From assembly GCA_001179505.1 (NCBI GenBank), contig CDMY01000324.1, forward strand, positions 56,051-120,050: DNA of 64,000 nucleotides, given 5' to 3'. Positions 10,901 through 23,527 of the stretch are shown here, one piece after another. Within the stretch, counting starts at the first letter, position 1, and each line of letters begins with the position of its first letter. The DNA comes from Vitrella brassicaformis CCMP3155. Lineage: Eukaryota > Protista > Chromerida. The notes below the pieces were generated by a model that did not search any database, was not told the DNA's origin, and saw only the letters and a list, made by a program, of their open reading frames with translations. A program made the translations under genes and the position numbers.

Positions 10901-13791
10901 CCGCCAGGTCCAATGCGGTGTCAGGTGGCTGTGGCGATGGGCCGCCGGGCAGCGGGGGGAAGAGTGGCGTGTGCGAATCTCGGATGGCGTTGTCGACAGC
11001 CTGGAGGTGGAGTGTGTCGGGTGAGAGGGAGAGGGGCTCGGTGAGTGGGAGCAGGGTGGCGATGTTGGTGAGGTCGACCTCTGGCGCCAGGATTTGCAGC
11101 GCCTCGTGAGGCGAACTCAGCAGCTGCAAAAATAGTGAGTGAGTGCATCACATCACATGTGAGTGACAGAGTGATAGAGCGAGCGGTGAGTCCGGCACTC
11201 AGCAGCTCACCGGATGGAGGGGGAGACGCTCGTAGGCAAGGCTCTTGAATATCTGACACACACACACACACACACACAGGGGCACATTGACTATCTTCCA
11301 CGTGTTCATTGTGGGCTGTGGGTGGCGGTCAACTGTCTGTCTGTCTGACCTCTTCGGCTTCTCTGCTGCGAGTGTTGGGCATGCCCTCGGCACCGCTCAG
11401 CTCGACACCACTCGGCGGACACACGCGCCTGCCACACACACACACACACACGCACATGAAACACCTCCCTCCCTCCGTCCCGCTCTCTCTGCTTCACTTG
11501 TATGTCTCGAGCACTTGCAGCGCCATCAGCCCCCGCTGCGCCAGCGTCAGGATGACGGCGTGCGGCACCGATGGCGACAGGTTGTGAATCACCGACACCG
11601 CAGGGCTGGAGTCGGGCGACAGGGCGAAGAAGTCACTGTCACTGTCACAGCGCTGGTCCCTCGGCCGCCGCTTGTCGATGTCGTCGAGCAGGCCGAATAT
11701 GAATCTCAGTCGCTGGTAGTCGTAGGGCGACACGCGGGTGTAGCACTGCTGGGTGAGCAGGGTCTCCAGCCGCTGGGAGCCGAGGGCGTCCGTCATGGCC
11801 AGACCCAACGGGATGGCCGTCATGTAGTAGGGGTCCAGCTCGTGGGTGGTGGTGTGGGTAAGGCGAGAATATGGTGCCTGCACAGACAGGACACACACGA
11901 GCCGAGCCGCCAAACATTAATTGCCCGGAGGGACGTCGGTGGTTTAATCTATGCCTCCCCTCCCTCCCTCCTCCCTCCCTCCCTCACCATGTGCCCTTTG
12001 CAACTGTGGCCGATCGGTCCGGCGGCATTGCTGCTATGTGCTCTGTGTTTCTTGTGTGTCTGTTTCTCGGTTGTGTGTGGGGTGAGGAGGAATAGCTGGA
12101 CCCAGAGGCCGACAACCTCCTCCTCTGGTATGAGGTAGTCGTTGCCGTACTCAAGGGCGGTGTCGAGGTCGAAGGCGCTCTTCTCGAGCAATGGTTTGAG
12201 CAAACGGCGCTGGTACCGATGCAGGCTGTCAGGCTGCTTCGGGTCGCCCTTGTCGTAATACCTGAATGCCCGGTATATATACGAGGGAGGGGGAGAGGGG
12301 GAGAGGGGGAGAGAACGAACGGACGGCTGTAGGTGGACATTTCTGTCCGTGTCTGTGTGTCTGTGTGGTCTGTGTGTGGTGAGCTGGCTGACTCGGAGAG
12401 GTTGAGGTCGATGTTGAGAAGGTCCATGTGTTGGCACCACTTGCTGTTCTTCTGCACACGCTCCATCTCCAGCCGCATCAAACTGTCCTTCCAAAAGTTC
12501 CTGAATGGGAAACCACACACACACATGGGTGTTTTCTCCCGCCCCCCACTCTCACTGACTCACCCGAAGAGGTCGATTCCGAGCCTGGAGAGGCACTGTA
12601 TGAGGTGCTGTTTGTCGCCCACATGGTGGATGGTGGGTTTGAAGACCGCCGAGAAGGCGTGTCGCTTTATGAGGCCGCTCAGGTAGCCGAGGGCCAGCTC
12701 GTTGTCGATCCTGTGAGGCATCCGCATCAGCTTACGCGCAATCTGAGCAAACAAGTGGATAAGCCATCCATCCATCCATCCATTGATCGGCCTCGGTGTC
12801 TGGTTATCTTGTGTGTGTGTGTGTCTGTGCGTGTGTACGTCAGTGCATGCGAGAGTGAGTTCGCTGACGTCGACCAGGAGCGGGTGTCGGAGTATGAGTG
12901 CGATGCTCAGGTTGATGCTCTCCTCGGACCGCAATGTGTTGGCGCACTCCTGAAGCACACCCACCACACACAACACATCCATCCTTGACAAAGACAGACA
13001 GACCAACAAGCGGCCGGCTGACCGTCACGAGCTCCTTGACGTCTTTGACCTGCTGCTCTGGCATGGTCTTCTCGAGCGTCTGCCACACCCATCCTACACA
13101 TACACACACACACACACACACAGAGGAGAGATCACCTCCACACCGTCTCTCGTCCGTCTCTGACCAGCCTCCAGTCCCCCAGTGGCCCGCCGCAGCCCCT
13201 CCTTGAGTGCGATGAACTCCAGTGCACGCTTCAGCGCATCGGGGCCACGCGCTAGGTGCACCAGCTCCCGGAAGCGGCGCGAGAACAGCCGGCTCCTCAC
13301 TCGGCGGAGCATCTCGTTGGGCGATTTGGTGCTGAGGGCCGTGGCGTCCGATAGGTCCTCGTGCTCGCCCCACTGGCCGCTGGTTGTGATGGTAGCGGTG
13401 GCACACTCGTTGTCGAGGCCTGTGAGGAAGAACGGACCCTCCAGTGACACACCTGTCAACACACAGCAGACAGACAGACACACAGATGGAGAGTGACGGG
13501 TGCGACCATTGTGTGTGTGTGTGTGACGGACCTGCGGTGTCGAGAATGTCTGTGTGCAGGAGGTAGTCGAAGCTCCAGAGCAGGTCGTTGAGGTATGCCA
13601 CGGTCCCCTGCACCCGCGACGAAGGCAGCAGCGGCACACACGCCGTCAGCACCTCCACCAGCTGCGCGAGCCCCTGCAGCACACTCGCGGGCCGCGCCCG
13701 CTCCTCGCGACACTGCTGGTGGAAATCGGCCACTATCTTTCTCACCAGATCCACCTGGTTATTGACAATCGCTGGAACGTCATGGCCACCC

Positions 13792-13831
<40 letters not shown>

Positions 13832-16800
13832 CCTTAGTATTGCTCACTGACCAGTGCGACAGCAGTGTCGGGTGAGGGGCTCTTGTTGAGCTCTGACAGC
13901 AGGCGGAGGCAGCTGCTGGTGGAGCCCTCGGCCACGGCCGTCCGGACACGCTGCTGCCGTATGGACGCCTCGCTCACACCCAGCAGGCTGCCCAGCCGCA
14001 GACAGTGGGTGAAGGACAGCAGCGAGGCTGAAGTAGACTCCTCGGCTGTAGGTGAGTCGGGAGAGGGCCATGCCACTCCGAGAGCATCGCGCATGGCGCC
14101 CTGACGGTGGATGGATGGCACACCAATGCACGTACGCGCTCACACACTCACCATGACCTTGTTCTTTTCTTTTCTCGGAAGTACCGTTTGTGTGAGCAGG
14201 TCCTCCTTTCTGCAGAGCGTTTCGAACAGCTGCTCGCCGGTGATGAAAACACCACCACCGGTTGCCGCCTCCTCGTCGTCCACCACTGCCTCACCGGCCC
14301 CGTCGGCCGCCCACTCGTCCTCGGCGCTCTCATCCTGCTTGCTGTCGATCCAGCTGGGCCCCACATACAGCCCGAACTGCTCCTGAAGCTTGCGCACCCG
14401 GCTGAGTGTCTCCAGGGTCTGCCAGTGGCTCCACCGCAACGCTATCGGGGCACTCGGCGATCCACTTGGCTGCTGCTGCTGCTGCTGGTGCTGCTGGTGG
14501 TGGTCGAGAGGGTGCTGGATCTTGGGTGACGACCCATCGGTGGTGGTGGTGGTGTCTTGGAGCATGGTGTTATCGGATGTTTCCAGGTGCGCCTGCAGCA
14601 GCTCTGTGGCAGCGACGGCCACGACACGTGCCAGTCGCTCGAGGTCGGCTGTGGGTGAGGCTGACGGGGGGGCCTCGTTGGTGCTGGAGGAAGGGGGGGC
14701 CGCCTGATGAGCAAACAAAGGGATGGATGGCACGAGAAATGGGCTCATGTCTGTCTGGATGAAATTTCATTGTACGTTGCTGGTGCGGCTGACGAGGCAG
14801 TGGAGCTGCGGTGCTCCGTGCAGTGGGGCCATGGCTGTGGGGTCTGCGGCGTGTATGCTGGTGGCGATGTCGTCGAGGTGCACCCACACACTGGACACGA
14901 AGTCCTGCAACACCGCAACACTGACACACACAGACACATAGAGATTACGGTGAACACTGTGTGTGTGTTGTTGTTGTTGGTTCCTTACGTGTCCTCCGCA
15001 GTGTCGGAGCAGTCCAAGATCTCACACAGACTGAGGGTCAGCTCCTCTCTCCAGTGGTGGGGGTGCTCCTCTCCGCTGCTGTTGATGGTGGGACTGTCCG
15101 GTCGGAAGCGGTGCACAATGGCCCACAGGCGCTCTCGGCAGAGGTCGCGCAACGTCACGCAGTAGTGGGGGAAGGTGCGCACCAGCCTGGAAGCAACAGA
15201 GAAGTGGATTGATTGTGTGGTGCATTCATTCGGTGCATGCCATGGTGTTAGTTACTTGATGGCGTCTTGAAACGACTGCTGGCCCATGTCGGTCAGCCAG
15301 ACTACGTGCTTGACCACATTCCTGCAGCCGTGATGGCCATGCGACACAGTACATGGATGGCCATCACTTATGGCACCCTGAGCTGAGAGCTGGTGTTCTG
15401 TTGTCTTTGTCGCCTCGCCCTACTTACACGAAGTACTGCCCGTGCAGCTCTGATGCGATGATGGTCTTGTCGACGTGGTACTTCTTGAGGATCAGCGCCG
15501 CCGCCCGCAAGTCCATCTGCTCCTTCAGCCCACACACCTGCAGAGACGAAGAACCAACACAGCCACACAAGACACCAACACAACACAGACATCCATGTGT
15601 GTGTGAGGTGTGAGCAGTGTTGTTGTGTGTGTCACGATTGGCACCTTACCTTCTTGGTGTTCCAGGCCATGCTCTCCTCGAGCAGCACCTCGGCGTCCTG
15701 GGACAGACCCACCTGCCTGAAGACAGCCAGTGAGCCGGGCAATGAGCTTAGCTCGACGTGATTCCTTTGTGTGTGGTGCGGATGGATGTCTGTCTGTCTG
15801 TCTGTCTACTTGCAGTGTGTGAGCAGCTGCAGCAGGCACTCGGCACGCAAGTCCTCGTCGCCAATGCAACGCATCAACGCCACAGCCCTACACATACACA
15901 CACGATCCCATCACCCTCTCCCTCCCTCCCTCCCTCCCCCACCCACCACACCCACCCCTCCCTCACCTGTTCTGCACCTCCCAGTCGATGTCGGCCGATG
16001 CGGTGGTGGTGAGTGTGAGGTCCTCGACCATCCGCATGACGTAGTCTTGCACCACACCGTCGCACGACAGACGGTGCGCCACGCAGAAGGGCGCCACGTG
16101 CTGCCGCACCTCCTCGGCTATCAGCGAGGGCGACAGGGCACGATTGAGCAGCCAGAAGGCCACACGCTCCCAGGAGCCGCCCTCCAGGTCGCTCAGCCGG
16201 ACGGGCAGCTGAAACTGACTCCTGAACCACATGAACAGACACACAAAGGAGAGAAATGAGAGAGAGAGGATGAAAGGGTGGCTGCGGTTGGTGTGTACCG
16301 GAGCTGTGCGCTTTCAACGAGTCGGCAGTAGAGGATGCTGATCTCGTGGAAGTGGTCTCTCCCCCTCTCGCCATCATCCCCACCCCCACTGCGTGTGTCG
16401 GCCGCCATGACGGAGGGGATGATGGACACGTCGCCTCCCGACGGACCGCAACCGTTCCAAAACACCCCGTCCTTCACAGCCTGTAAGGGGAACCACCGGT
16501 GCTCACGATGGTGTTGAAGTGGGCGGCTCCACGGCAGCACCGGGCCGCCATCGGCGTCATCAGCTGCTGTCCGAGTATCGCTGCCAACGACCGGCGACTG
16601 ACCGATGCACACACATGGACGGATGGATGGATGGATGAACGGATTGTTGTCTTTTCTCGGTGGCCCACCTGTTGTCTGTGAGAGAATAGACATGACAGCA
16701 GGAGCAGCGAGGCGGTGGGGCTGCTGCACTGCTCCTCCAGAAGCTTGGCGCGATCCATCAGCCAGCTCAGGAAACGATCCCTGCAACACAACACAGCACA

Positions 16801-19800
16801 TCACGGCAAGAGAGGAGGGGCATCTGTCGACTCCATCCATTCCAGCTTTTGCCTGTCGTCGTCAGACAAGGCACCTGTGTCTGATGAAAGGCAGTACGTG
16901 TGCCCGCAGCCAGCCGGGGAGCAGGGCCTCGTCCCGACCCGACAGGTCGGCAGGCAACTCCTCCAATATGCTCAACAGCTGCACACGCACACCCAGGCAG
17001 ACGGTCGGACAGAAAGGACTAAACCACAGCCACGGTGCCAATCCCTTCAGTGACCGTCGTTGCTGACCTCTGATGACCGCTCGTCATCGTCACTGCCGAA
17101 TTTGGTGGCGTGTCTGCCGACAACAGCCACCAGCTCCTGCACCCGGCCGCCCTGCGCCAGCTCCACACACAGACGCGGGAGGGACGATTTGCGAAAGGCA
17201 CCCCAACGATGCCTGAAGTCGCCTGTGCGTGTAGACACCAGGATACACCGGATCGCCTCTGTGCCTTCGTGTGTGTGTGTGCACTGTCTGTCAGCCAGTC
17301 ATTCACCTGTGGTGTCCTGTGTGGGCATTGTTTGGAGCAGCTCGAATGTCGCGAGCCTGTGAATGGTCTCCTGGATCGTCATGAGCGGCTTCGTTGATGT
17401 GTCGCCGCCCCTGGCCGTGGTGCAGCGACGCAGCACCTCGGCTGTGCGCTTCAGCAGGTCCTTCGTCTGCACTGCATCCCTACACACACACGGGAGCACC
17501 AAGACCTGTGCACGTCTGTCTGTGCGGCGTCGGGATGCTGGCCGACTGACTCACTTGCACGACGCCTCGCAAGCCTGCTTGGCCACGAAGGATGGTTTGG
17601 AGGGCGCCAGCTCCTCCAAGAGGGGCATGATGTCGTCGACTTGTGTGTCCTTGGCACCCTCGCAGAGCTGCTTCAGCATCAACTCTACCTGAAGCAAGGG
17701 AGGGAAGGACAGCGCTCGTAGTGGGTGCGGGTTGCCTCTAGCTGTACTAGGCTGTGCTGACCTTGAGTCTGAGCATCGCCTCGTTTGAGCCAGCGGCTTT
17801 GAGCGCCTGGAGCATGGCCGACTCCTCGCCCATGTCCTGACACCAACACAACAAACTGTGTGGCCAAGCTATGGATGCACATGACATGCAACGCCATGCA
17901 ACTCCACCCACCGCCTCCCCTCTCTCTCTCTCTTCATCCGGCCTCACTCACCTCATTCGGCAGCTCCTTGGGGCTCGCCATGACGATGTGGCCCGGCGCC
18001 CCCGCCACCAGCAGCCCCACACTGCCGCCCCCCCCTCTCTCGCACTCGTCGTCCCCCTCCAACACACACGTGGGATACGGCAGGGACCGCCACAGTGGCG
18101 CCATGGGGCACACTGGTGGCTTGGCTGCTGGCGGCATGTCGATGGAGAGGAGCTGGGTGGGTGTCTGGTGCTGCAGGCCCCAGATCTGGACCTCGTGTGG
18201 CAGCCGGACGGCAGCACAGGTGCGCCACGACCATGAGGGGGGCTGGGGGACGGCTGACGGCCCAGCTGTGGGGGAGGGAAGACCACCCTGGCGGAAAGGC
18301 AGCTTGAGCAACGCGACACCTGGATCACAACGGTGGGAAGGGGCGATGACTTCACCCACACATTTTGTAGGGATTTCCCTCTCCTGCTTACTCTGGAATG
18401 CTTCAGCACCCTTGAGCTCGATCTTGCGTATCTTTTGCGGCAGGGGCAGCGCCAGGAAGGCCGCGAAGTCGTGCACCATCACAACCACAACCGGACGGCC
18501 ATCCTCGCCAATCTCACCTGAAGAACGACCGGACAATCAGAAAGACGTAGCATAGCATGATGCGTGTAGCCTAGCCTACTTTGCACGGTATAGAGGAATC
18601 GACGCTTGGACGTCGGCTGTTTTGCCGTGGCGGTGGTCTGTGTCTGCATGGCGGCCGTGGCTGTGCCGGTGGACGACTCCCCCGCTGACGTGACGCTCTC
18701 CGTGTCGCTCCTCGCACCCGGCGCTCTGTCCTCCTCCCCGCCCTCCTCGACGAAGGCCACATGGGTGTAGCCACCGACAGATCCGTTGCCGGCCGGCCAG
18801 CACTGTTGCTCCCACAGCATGTAGGGACCGTCACACCCAGCCTGTGTGTGACGTGACGGCAACAGGTGGGCAAGAAAGGTCGGTAGGTGCAGCGCGTCAG
18901 TCAGGGTGTGGGTGGCGTGGTGTCTGAGTGTGCTGCCTGTAGATAGAAGCATACGTGTAAAAGTTGGAGTGTGGTGTTGCTCCAGACACAGACGTAGCCC
19001 TGTGTCAGGGAGCTGCCTGAACGGAACGGAACGGAACAGTGGTTGGTTGGTTGGCTGATTGGTTGGCAGCCATCCGAGGGTCCGTTCAGTTCAGTGGCCA
19101 TGTGCGGTGTACCCGGTAGTATAGCGATCCCCGTCACATCACCACAACACGACACCGACGACAACGTCATCTGAACAGAAAAATAAAAACCGACGCCGCT
19201 GTTGTCCCGACGAATCTTCCAGGCCCTGACCTGACTGACCATTCGCTCGCTGACCTTTCTGGCAATCCTCTGTTTGACCTGTTCCCTCTCCCTCTCGTCC
19301 GCCCGCTGTGTCTTGAGCTCCTGAAGGTCCACGTTGCCGCACAGCAACAGCTCCCCAGCCCCTAGGACCACCAGCAGTGTCTGGTAGGAAGCTGCTGCAG
19401 GACTGCGCAGAGACCAAAACAGAGACCAGACCAGCACATCAGCAGATATCTAGATGGACTCACAAACGGCTCCAGGACAACCAACACCTTCCTACCTGTT
19501 GTTGTCCAGAAAACTGCCGTCGAGGCTGGTCCTGAAGCAGCACGCCATGGTGGCCACCCGGAAGTCGTCCGACAGTAACTCCGACGCACGGGGCAAACCG
19601 AGAAGCTTCAGCTGAGTGCCGCCACACATACACACACAGACACACACACGCACGACACTGATTGCCTGCCTGTGTGTATCGATGGCCATCCATCGGGGGT
19701 GGGTGGGTGCGGCGTAGAGTACCCACCATACCATGTGTGGCAGGTGGACCTTCCACGAGAACTCCAGCCTCCCACATGGCCCGTTCTCTGCAGACGAGTT

Positions 19801-20701
19801 CTCTGAAGCAGCTACGAGGAGCAAAACCATCACAGTGCCTGATGTGATAAAGAAACCAAGCCCACACACACATACAAAGTCACACACATCAAGCACAGCA
19901 CATCAAGCTCTGCGGACCCTGTGGCGTGGCAGCGAAGAAGAAGTCGCCACATGCGCTCCAGCAGCAGCATGACAGCGCCTTCCCGTCAAGCCTGCTGCCC
20001 AGATCTAACCGACAGAAGCCCTCGTTGTGCGACGCTTCTTCCGACGCGGCGGCCGATGGCAGGGCGTTGAGATACACCTCTGACGAAGTGAGGGCTGCGA
20101 TGAGCTTCCTCCTGGGATGGACGCAGATCTGCCAGATCAGAGCAGAGAAGTTGAATGATGCCCCGAGAGGACTTGTTTCATGTACCTGCAGGATGTCGTG
20201 GCTAGTGTCTGCATCTCGGCAACGGAGATGAGCCACGTTCATGCTGCGCCCGCCAGCGCGATCGCTCTCATTGTAAACATAGAGGACAATGGCAATGAGC
20301 ACCCCAGTGTCACCAGGTAGGCGAAGATCTCGCAGAGCATCCCGCCCGCCATCCCTCTCCGCGTCGGTCTTTGTGCAGCAGGCCATGTGTGGGCAGCTGC
20401 ACGGAGTATGATGGCATCGCCCACGGAGTCGGTGACTAGTACGGGTATCCTGGTGCGGATTGAGGTTGAGGCTGATGGAGAGCCTTTGGGGCTGCGGATC
20501 TCGGTGCGGATCATCACCAAAGGACACGACGGACGGACGTATCGCATCCTTTGCTTTGCAGGCAATGCGCATCGGAGCCGAGGGTGCATCTGCAGTGCAG
20601 AGCAGCAGCGGCGTGCGCCCCGCCCACATGGCCAGCAAGACGGCCTTGCGCGCGGCCAATGAGAGCCCCAGCCTGCAGTGAAGGCGATAGACAAGCGGCA
20701 T
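7924..20701 (-). CDS. KNTC1: Kinetochore protein Rod/KNTC1-like (RZZ complex scaffold), many exons
   Basis: Exon peptides recall human KNTC1 segments: VRLSDLEGGSWERVAFWLLNRALSPSLI, and the Rod_C-like FAHDGKCRAMAVIFRVAPTDVIERIYGKPWKDL...HCLQSL...KKFYHCEKAGLARSLWRGQKH...LQLIASLCLDFHIAD. N-terminal exons look beta-propeller-like (CCWSACGDFFFAAT). Recognition is from memory of the family, and joining all exons into one gene is inferred. Confidence 0.7.
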
Positions 20702-21314
20702 CTTAGAGGGCGGGGCGGGGCGGGCGGGCGGGCGGGGAGGGAGGGAGGGAGTAGGATGGCATACATGTGTGGGCGGGGGTAGCTGCATGGCTGTGGTGCC
20801 TTCATGTTGGTTGGTGTTTGCTGGGTGTGGCGACGGGTGGGTGCGCCTTGTGCAGAGAGAGGGATAATGAAGCGGCGCTGTGTGTACCATTCATACGCTC
20901 TCGTTCTTCTGTTGTGTGCGTTTGCTCCCCCTTGTTCAGTCGGTGCTTAATTGATGGGTGCGGTGCATGACTGCATCGGTGTGGACCATTAATTACATCA
21001 TGATGTATGGATTATCTCGACAGACACGTAGCCTTCACAAATGCTGATTGATGCTGATGAAATCCCTTGTCGGTCCGGTCGGCGGAGGCCCCACACTGCT
21101 CCCTTATCCAGCCCAGCCCCCCACTCGCATACACAAATCGGTATCGACAGAATGTCTCTCGTGTCGTCCATCCATCCATCCATCCATCCACCTCTCTGCC
21201 CCCACAGACATGACACATACTTCGTTCGCAGACACAGATAGATAGCCACAGATAGAGAAAAACTCCATGGGACCACCCACAGCTGTACAGGCATCGCATC
21301 ACCACCGGCCCGGC

Positions 21315-23223
21315 CTAGCCTGTTGGCTTGTAGGCCAGCACATTTCGATGCCTGTGGTTGGCCGCCTGGTACTCGACACCGTGGAAACCCAGTGACCGCA
21401 TCGCGCCCTCCATGTCGAACTCATAGTACTGACAGACAGGAACACACAACACAACACAACACAACACACGGACCCCTGCCTGCTACCAAGTGGGCATGGC
21501 ATTTTCCCCTCCCTCCCACCGCTCCTCCTCACTCACCTGATCGCTCCATGGCTCGGTGCTCTTCATCAGCGTGAATAGCAGGGGAGGCAGATTCTGCAGC
21601 AACCAACACACCACAGCCACATCCATCCATCCATCCAGTCACAATTTGGGTTGGGTGCCTGCGTCCATCCATCACACCGACCCTCAGTGTCTGGCTCCTG
21701 GGGTCAGTATCGTGCACCACCAGCACCCCGCCAGGCTTCAGCACCCTGTACGCCTCCTTCAGCGTCGCCTGGATGGCGTGCTGGGGCATCTCGTGGCAAA
21801 GGAACCACACAACCATCAAATCGACAGAGTCGGCCGCATCCGGCAGGTCCTCTGCCTTGGCGTGCACCCACTGGATGGGGGGGGCGTCGGCGGCCAGCCA
21901 GCTGCCCTCGTCCGCACCCACCGGCCCTTCAAGTTTCGCCGTCTTGGCCTCCTTCTCGCGCATCTGCGCGACCGCCAGAAAGTGCGGCGAGAGATCGACG
22001 CCAGCAAGGTCGGCACGTGGGAATGCGTTGCGGAGATAGCGCGTGGAGAGCCCGACGGAGCAGCCAACGTCCAGGATGCGACCATTGGTACCCTGACAGA
22101 CCGCACAGCAGGACACGAACACAAATGCATGATCATTCTCTTTCCGCGCTGTGTGGGGGTCATCACCTGGTTGGTCAGTGTGTTGTAGACACCCCCCAGC
22201 TGAACAACAGACAGACAGCACAAGGGTGTGACATGGCCTGGCACAGCCGCGGAGCGGACAGGTGTGGTCGATGCTTACCTGTTGTCGGTGTCGCTCCGCG
22301 AAGTCTCGGACGGCGTCGGTGACTTCGGCCCGCACCCGCTGCTGCGCTGCTGGCGGTGTGAGGCCCTCCTTCGGCCATATCCTCATGCTCCTAGGAGGCG
22401 CACACCCAAGAATAAAGACAGACGCACCGGATGACACACATAAATGAAGAACAAATGGCCTGACGATCACTCACATGACGTACGCCGCACTCTCTGCCTC
22501 AGAAGCAGCCTGCCAACCGTGCCAAGACACACACACACCACACCACACCACACAGGGGATCGCGATGTGCATATGCATCTAGCTACGGGCGTGGCCATTC
22601 CTTCCGCTGACAAACCAGCCAGTTGAGGTTGCCAGGGCTGTCGTAGCCGTGGAACGACTCTCTGTAGTAGTCGGGGTAGGCGATGTTCCCATCGACGGCC
22701 CTCATGGCACTCTCCAGCTCTGCCCGCACCTGTGGCTGCGCCATTCTCTCCACCTCCTTGGACCACGCTATGCCGTTGTCCTCGGCTGTCGATATCATGG
22801 CCTGCAGACAGACAGACAGCGGCACGATGACAAACATACAAGTTGACTGGCAGTGGCAGTCATCGTATCGAGCTGCTGACCGACCCGTCTTGCGCCGAGC
22901 TTTGCAATGCCGCCAAGCACTTTGTTGTTGATGACCGCGTTGACGACGTCTGACAGCATGCTCTTGCCAGCCCATGGAGGCTGCAGCAGACAATAGATAC
23001 ACACAGATTGGTGCAGTCACAGGCCTCATTGTCATGAGATCTGCATGCTTCCGACCTTCTCAGCTGACGCATCTGCGACTGCGGCGAGACGGTGAGGCCT
23101 CTGCTGCCGGCTGATGCAGCTCCTCCCATGTCTGCAGATGCCGGCCGGCGCTGTGAAGGCGTGCGAGAGGGATGGTACGAAGATCAAGACCAGAAAGCAA
23201 AGATGCACGGCTGATGGGATCAT
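21315..23223 (-). CDS. Class I SAM-dependent methyltransferase (Methyltransf_11/UbiE-like, cyanobacterial/plastid type) with bipartite plastid-targeting presequence
   Basis: Motif I RILDVGCSVGLST, GVDLSPHFLAVA, EAYRVLKPGG and the family signature YPDYYRESFHGYD..GNLNWL|AASEAESAAY. The N-terminal signal peptide MIPSAVHLCFLVLIFVPSLSHA is followed by FTAP and a basic transit-like region. Confidence 0.85.
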
Positions 23224-23527
23224 TATAGCTGTTGGTTGGCAAGGTTGGTTGTAATCTCGTTGGGCATTTTTGAGCTCGCAATGGGAAGGGGAGTGGTCGA
23301 GCGGCAGGAGATGAACTCCCCCGCTGGATGGTGCGCACATGACGATAGTTACACATGACGATAGTTAGCATTCGTATGCGATGGGAAGGAAAGGAGCGTC
23401 ATGGTGGCAGACAAGTGAGAAGGCAGCCCAGGCAGATCCCGAGCTTCGTCATCGCTTCTCTTGCCTGGTGTATGTGTGTCTGAGCAGCCTCGCTTCCACG
23501 TGACCCATCCCGCCGTAAGATCTGACG

